From: Harriotta raleighana
Lineage: Eukaryota
Reading direction: 5' to 3'
Assembly (NCBI GenBank): GCA_050575255.1
Contig: JBNZDD010013707.1
Span: 3,854,596 to 3,918,595, forward strand
Length of the DNA: 64,000 nt
Under the pieces are notes generated by a model, which had not been told where the DNA came from, ran no database searches, and worked only from the letters and a program-made list of their open reading frames with translations. Shown here in pieces: positions 58,550 through 64,000 of this stretch. A program made the translations under genes and the position numbers. The first letter of the stretch is position 1; each line of letters opens with the position of its first letter.

Positions 58550-59320
58550 TCCTACGTTGCACCATTGGTGTCTATGGATTCAGCCATCAAGCCTGAATCC
58601 TGGAACTGACTTCCTCAATCCTTTGGTCTTGCCATGCCTGTTTCCAAATTACACCTGAAGACTTTCTTCCTCCTTGAGTTGGGACTTGAGAAAAGGGAAG
58701 GAGGGGGAAAGGTGGAGGGATTGAGGGAAAGTGTTCCAGGGTTTAAGTAGCTAAAAGTGTGACCTCCAATAATAATAATAATAATAATAATAATCCTTGT
58801 ATTTAATATAGTGCCTTATTATGTCTTCTAGATGTCTCAAAGTGCTTCACAGAATATAGTGTAAAGTGAATTGATTGTATATTTTATGGGCAAAATGTGG
58901 TAGCCAATTGCACTCAGCAATGTCCCACAAACCAATTTATTATTTTTTTGAGGGATTATTATTAGACATGTGGAGAAAAGAAATTTGCCCAAGATTTCGC
59001 CCTGCCTGGGATTGAACCCAAATCTCTCATGTAAGGTGAGTGCTCTAACCACTGAGCTACAGGATTCCACAGATTTAAACACAATTGTGAGGATCTTGAA
59101 GTCAATCTGTTTGGTAATGGGGAGCTAATGAAGCATAATCACAACTAGTGAAATATGGGTACGGAGTTTGGTCCGAATCAGTATGAGCTGGATATTTTGA
59201 ATGGCGTAGCTGAGGAGACCAGCAAGGAGTGCGTTTGAGTAATGAAAGCAGGAGGTGACAAACATATGCACTAGAGTGGAGCCAAGCCCAATCTTATACT
59301 CACCCAACATCTGCACCAAT
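58550..59320. mobile_element. L2 fragments (+ 58550-58670; - 58675-58767 and 59083-59320) interrupted by a SINE
   Basis: ORF 59125-59319: TLVHMFVTSCFHYSNALLAGL...IQLI. Confidence 0.75.
58768..59068 (-). mobile_element. full-length SINE (short form)
   Basis: reverse: GGAATCCTGTAGCTCAGTGGTTAGAGCACTCACC...GGTTCAATCCCAGGCAGGGCG...(ATT)n. Confidence 0.95.
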
Positions 59321-59917
59321 ACAACGATAGCTTTTGGATTTTGACCAAGAATGTACAGTCTCTCTGATTTTCTCTACCTAAGCCAAGAACACTGGAGTTA
59401 ATAGTAATCCCCCCTCTGCCCCATCCCCCTCCCCCTCCCCCAAATCCTAAGGCAGCTAACTCAATACAGACTTTGAACTTGCTGGTATTTATGATGTACT
59501 TGACTAAACTATTGGAAAACTATATGTCGATATGTTGTATTCATTTCTGGTGACAATTGTTTGTATATTTAATTATCCTTGTGGACCATTATCTTATTCA
59601 TATGGTGGGATTGGTATTTATTGTGCACATTTGCTCCCACACATGGGTTTCAAAATGACCAGGATGTTCACAATGTGCTATTATCCCATGTTTTGTTTAC
59701 ACAGTGCACTGACCAATAACTGAACTATGCGGAATAATGATGATAGTTGTATTCAGAAGCACTTAGTTGTATTCAGTATGTGTTTAATTGTATTTAGATG
59801 TCCAGAGGATCGGTGTGTGCGCCATCATTTTCATGGCCGATAATGATTCCGTCGCTATGTTCAGTGTGACATCTTCCTTAACATGGATGGAGTAACAAGG
59901 AAGTTATTGATATCAGA

Positions 59918-59985
59918 CAACAACAACTTGGATTTAAAGCAACTTGGATTTATATAGTGCTCTCCATGCCGGATGGTGTCTCATT
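59918..59985 (-). mobile_element. isolated L2 tail (type C)
   Basis: CAACTTGGATTTATATAGTGCTCTCCATGCCGGATGGTGTCTCA. Confidence 0.75.
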
Positions 59986-60409
59986 GACATTGTTACATTC
60001 GATTTATCTGCAAATAAATAAAATAAAAATTAATTGTAAGAAACAAAACAGAAGGTAATAGGACTTTGTGAGCATTGTGTACTTTAAAACCTTGTGTTTT
60101 AGTAATTGAACTCAGCTTAAAAGGTTGAGTTAAATGACTTCTCTCTGATTAGATTAGATTCTGTTGAAGTATTAAAAAGGTACTGTCTTTTGTGAAGACT
60201 TTTAATGTTTCTGAGAGGAATTTAAGGAAATTGGGTTTAATTGGTATTAAGCACAGGTTGTGTAGGTGTGAGTCTCCAAGGAGGTAAAATCCACCCTCAT
60301 TAAATCTCAGTAACACAGTCTCTGTTAGACAAGCATTTTACCTTTATAATGAGGTTTGTGCTGCACAAATACTCTATAATGGGGTCTAATATGCAGCAAT
60401 CGCAAATTA

Positions 60410-60880
60410 CCAGCCAAAAGATCCAGCTGATGCAAAACTCACCCACACCAAACTGCACCCGCCCATCATCCCAGTTCTCACAAGGCTTCATAGAATATAA
60501 ATATAATATATAATAGGCTCCTGTCTTCCTGTCTCCCAATGGATAGACTCCAAGGACATATAAATCTGTCATACCTTACCACCTCCCTATCTCTGTGATC
60601 TTCTCCTACCTCAGTCTTACTTGCCCCTCCACTCAGTTCTGGGCGTTTCCTTCCTCCCTGTGTGCCACCATCAGTGACAGAGCCTTCAGCAACTACGCCC
60701 CTAGCCTGCAGGTCCCTCTTCTTTCCCTCTATTTCACCTTCCTCATTAAATAATGTAAATAATGCCTAAAACTGACCTTTTTTTACTGTACTTATTGTTA
60801 CCTTCTCCCTCCAGCATCCTCCTTTCCCCTCCTCCCTCTCTCCTCCTCCCTCTCTCCGCTTTTCCCCTCCTCGCTTGCGA
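60410..60880 (+). mobile_element. old L2 3' portion with polypyrimidine tract
   Basis: KIQLMQNS; ACCATCAGTGACAGAGCCTTCAGCAACTACGCCCCT (TISDRAFSNYAP). Confidence 0.7.
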
Positions 60881-61299
60881 TGGATCCAACACAGTCCAAC
60901 CAGATTATTGTATTTCTGTGCAAATAAATTATAATAAATAATAACCTTGCATTTTATACCATTTCTTTCATTTCAGGAAGGATGCCTTGAAGAAGCTTTT
61001 CATAGGTTATGTAGGTTATATGTAGTGACTTTGTATATTTCAGCTAAATACTGAATATATTGTACTGCATATTTTGGACCTCATTAGAACATCAAATCTC
61101 AGGGGGCAAAGTCCAATAATCTTATAAATTTGAATTTATTTAAAGACTACAGAGTAAGAATAAATGTACAGCCTTTTTGTTATAAAATCTTAATTCAGTA
61201 GATTAAATATCGCTATTACCCTATCCCATGGTTCATGTGAAGTGTGCATACTAAGACTTTAGGATACCCACAACGATGGAGTCTAAGCGCCTTTAAGTT

Positions 61300-61790
61300 G
61301 CTTCTTTGAAAATGCAATTAATTATTTCATTTGATTTTTTCCATGTGATTGTGATAAATGTTATTCAATATAAAGAGTGAAAACATATGTTTTTCATTTG
61401 ATCTAAATGGTGTCATATTCACATTGATTAGCTCTGTAGGAAATATATTTCTTTGCATAAACGTCTCTGACAGAGCAAGCAGCTGCAAGAGTATTTTTGA
61501 AGGAAAATGACCCTTAATTAAACTCATTTATTCCCAAGGGGATATGGCTCAGCCTCACCATAACGACCACAGATAAATATGACCCTGTTGTAGGTAATGT
61601 CATTACATCTTCATTATTGCCTTTCCATTCATTTCAATTACAGCCTGGAGAGTTAATACTTGTATGCGCCTTGCTGCGCTATGTAGCAGTGTAATTCAGA
61701 GATGACAGAGGATTGCATGTGACTGATCCCATGTTGTTGTGGTTACAAAATAAGACATATTGAATGGGGTTGTTGGATTATTTAGATAAT
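61300..61790. promoter_or_regulatory. candidate conserved non-coding element
   Basis: CAATTAATTA, ATTGATTAG, TTAATTAA, GTAATGTCATTAC palindrome, TGACAG. Confidence 0.45.
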
Positions 61791-61804
61791 GCATTTGGCT
61801 TGTC

Positions 61805-62390
61805 TAGTCAGCTTCGCTCAGTTGATAGCACTTCTCACCTACACCAGAAAGATTTAAGTTCAAACTTCACATCAGGACAAAGCTTTTAGTCTAGGCTGAC
61901 TCTCCATTGCAGGACTAGGGAGAGTGTTGTGTTGGCAGCATTCTTTTGGATGAGCCATTAAAAACTAAGATCCTTTCTGCCTGTTTACTGCTACATTAAC
62001 AATAAACAACTTTATTCAAAAAGAGGAGAGATTTGTCTTGTGTTCTGACCAACAGTCCCCCAACTAAACAAAACACAAAATACTACAGATGCTGGGAATC
62101 TGAAACAAAAATAGAAGTTGCTGGGGAAACTCAGCAGGTCAGGCAGCATCCATGGAGAAAGGAAAGTGAGTCAACGTTTTGGGTCCACGACACTTTGTCA
62201 GTTATTATTAATAACTATTATAATAAAATATATAATAATAAAATAATGCTGCCTGACCTGCTGAGTTGCCCCAGCAACTTCTGTTTTTGTTTCAGCTCCC
62301 CAACTAAACTAATCATTCACTTCATAGTTGCTTAGGAGACTTGCAAAACATAGTTACTTGAAAGGATCTATGAAATGTGATTAAAACTTT
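61805..62390 (+). mobile_element. DeuSINE interrupted by a Penelope-derived element
   Basis: head GTCAGCTTCGCTCAGTTGATAGCAC; Deu domain TTTGGATGAGCCATTAAAAACTAAG; resumes at TCATTCACTTCATAG after 62310. Confidence 0.8.
62070..62297. mobile_element. second palindromic Penelope-derived element with 12-bp TSD
   Basis: long arm 62070-62202, AT-rich spacer, short inverted arm 62246-62295; CCCCAACTAAAC at 62058-62069 and 62298-62309. Confidence 0.85.
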
Positions 62391-63209
62391 TTTTTGCAAT
62401 TTATTTGAATCCTGGACTTCTTTCTGTTTCCTAAAAATATATTTTTAATAACATATTACCTCTGTGCCAAGACTTGTGTCATCACACTATTAATATGTTG
62501 ATGTTAGAGGTTTGCACATGTGTGGCAAGTCTCCAGTCCAGTTGCTTTAGTCGAGATCCTTTTCATTGTGGAGTCAGATCTCCTCTTTGAGAGGTGATGG
62601 GAGATGGTTTTCTCCAATTCGATTACATGAATCCCGTCCGTTTTACATTAGGCATTGCCTTCAGAGGCAGGCTTCTTGCCTTGGGGTGCAAACTCATGAT
62701 GTAAATGCTGCAACAAAGAAACTCAAGCCAACTCATTTGACATAACTGAAACAGTCTGGTAAAATGATCCATATGGAATTAGTTTACTCTCCTCACTTCA
62801 ATTGACTTCAAAGAGAAGGGGAAAAAAACAACGAGTGATTAATAAAGAGACTTGTGTGATGGAAATGAAGAAATGCAAGCTACGTCTCTGAGGGTCACTG
62901 CATGTTGCAGACACAGTCAATAATAACCAGCTGTAGAATCAATAATGAAAAAAAGGAAAATTACTGTTCACCTAAAAATCCAAATGTGAGAGTAATATAT
63001 TCATGATTTGAATTGTGTGGACCTTAGTTGGTGGAGGTATCAATACTTCTAGTGGTAAGAAATTCTTTATGCACAACGTTCAATGAATGATCCCAAGGTA
63101 CATAGAAGCGCAGTGTCTGAAATTTTTGTGTGATTGTATGATCTAAGTCTGCTATTGGATTACAGTCAGAAATGAGCAAGCATTGGTCAGCCTAATGTAC
63201 AAGACCGTA

Positions 63210-63450
63210 ATATCATAATAATCCTTGCATTTGATGTAGCATTTTATCATGTCGTTAAGATGCCTCAAACTGCTTCTCAAAATTTTTTGCTTTGAGGTGT
63301 GAAGTGTACTTTGTCAGCAAATGTGGCATTCAATTTCCATACAGCAATGTCCTACAGCCCGAGCTGAGTGACCAATTTTATTTGGGAGATTGTTGGCCTG
63401 AACACAGGGAAAAATTCCTTTCACTTTTCAAGATCTTTAACATCTGCCTG
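63210..63450 (-). mobile_element. DeuSINE 3' part
   Basis: ATCCTTGCATTTGATGTAGC tail; ATTGTTGGCCTGAACACAGGGA...AGATCTTTAACATC. Confidence 0.8.
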
Positions 63451-64000
63451 TTATAATAATTTAATATATTTTTTAATGACATTGCAAGCCTGTAATTCCT
63501 AAAATGGAACCACATCTTATGGTTTTGCCTGTGTTCCTCAGAAGATTGTGAATGTTGTCGATCTGGACTGAAAGGCCTTTCCTTTTTTCTTATTCCTTTA
63601 ATTTCTTATTAGACCAGTGGCCCTTCAAAGCTACAACTTTGAAGAAATCCAGTGTCGTTGATCGTTAGTATTTTAGATGCAACTAGCTTCATCCATTATG
63701 GACAACAGTCATATAAACCTTAGTAGATTAAGCCCTTCCTGTTGAAAGACCTTTGCAAATAGAAGATGATACCAATACATTAGGGCTGAGATGCAGTTCA
63801 AAGAAGCGCACATTTCATCTTCCAAACCAGCAGGGTTTTTGATATTTAGCTGCCAAAACACACTGTGTGCTACCAAATAGAAGAGGACCTTTCTCTGTAC
63901 ATTTCTTCTTTATGTTCAAACACATTCTCAACACTGACAAATCATCTTTAAGAAATAAGAGGAGAAAAATTCCACTTAAGGCTAGATTTACAGAATTTGT

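Noticed and set aside
1-64000. prokaryotic-type systems (operons, CRISPR arrays, defence loci)
   Set aside because: Vertebrate repeat landscape with negligible coding density

Overview
Non-coding vertebrate genomic DNA, AT-rich, with no supportable protein-coding gene, RNA gene or CRISPR array. The repeat content (an abundant ~300-bp tRNA-derived CORE/Deu/L2-tail SINE, older DeuSINEs, many L2 and CR1 LINE fragments, Penelope-type ends) points to a cartilaginous fish, most likely a chimaera such as Callorhinchus milii; this is inference from recalled consensus sequences, not a search. The longer ORFs are decayed L2/CR1 reverse-transcriptase pieces or chance frames through repeats. Between the repeats lie several 1-3 kb TE-free islands rich in homeodomain/Sox/Meis/TCF motifs, the pattern expected of conserved non-coding enhancers in a gene desert or giant intron. 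Most notable: (1) two short palindromic Penelope-derived elements with 10-12 bp target-site duplications, one with an intact minimal type-I hammerhead ribozyme core (55427-55465); (2) a 75-bp locally templated insertion flanked by a perfect 16-bp duplication (23212-23318); (3) a hAT-type MITE splitting an L2 RT motif (24626-24781); (4) three covarying L2/SINE 3' stem-loop types and a tail-swapped SINE; (5) three single-N joins that look like unmerged haplotypes, one capturing a probable polymorphic retro-insertion. Repeat boundaries were set by eye and are approximate.
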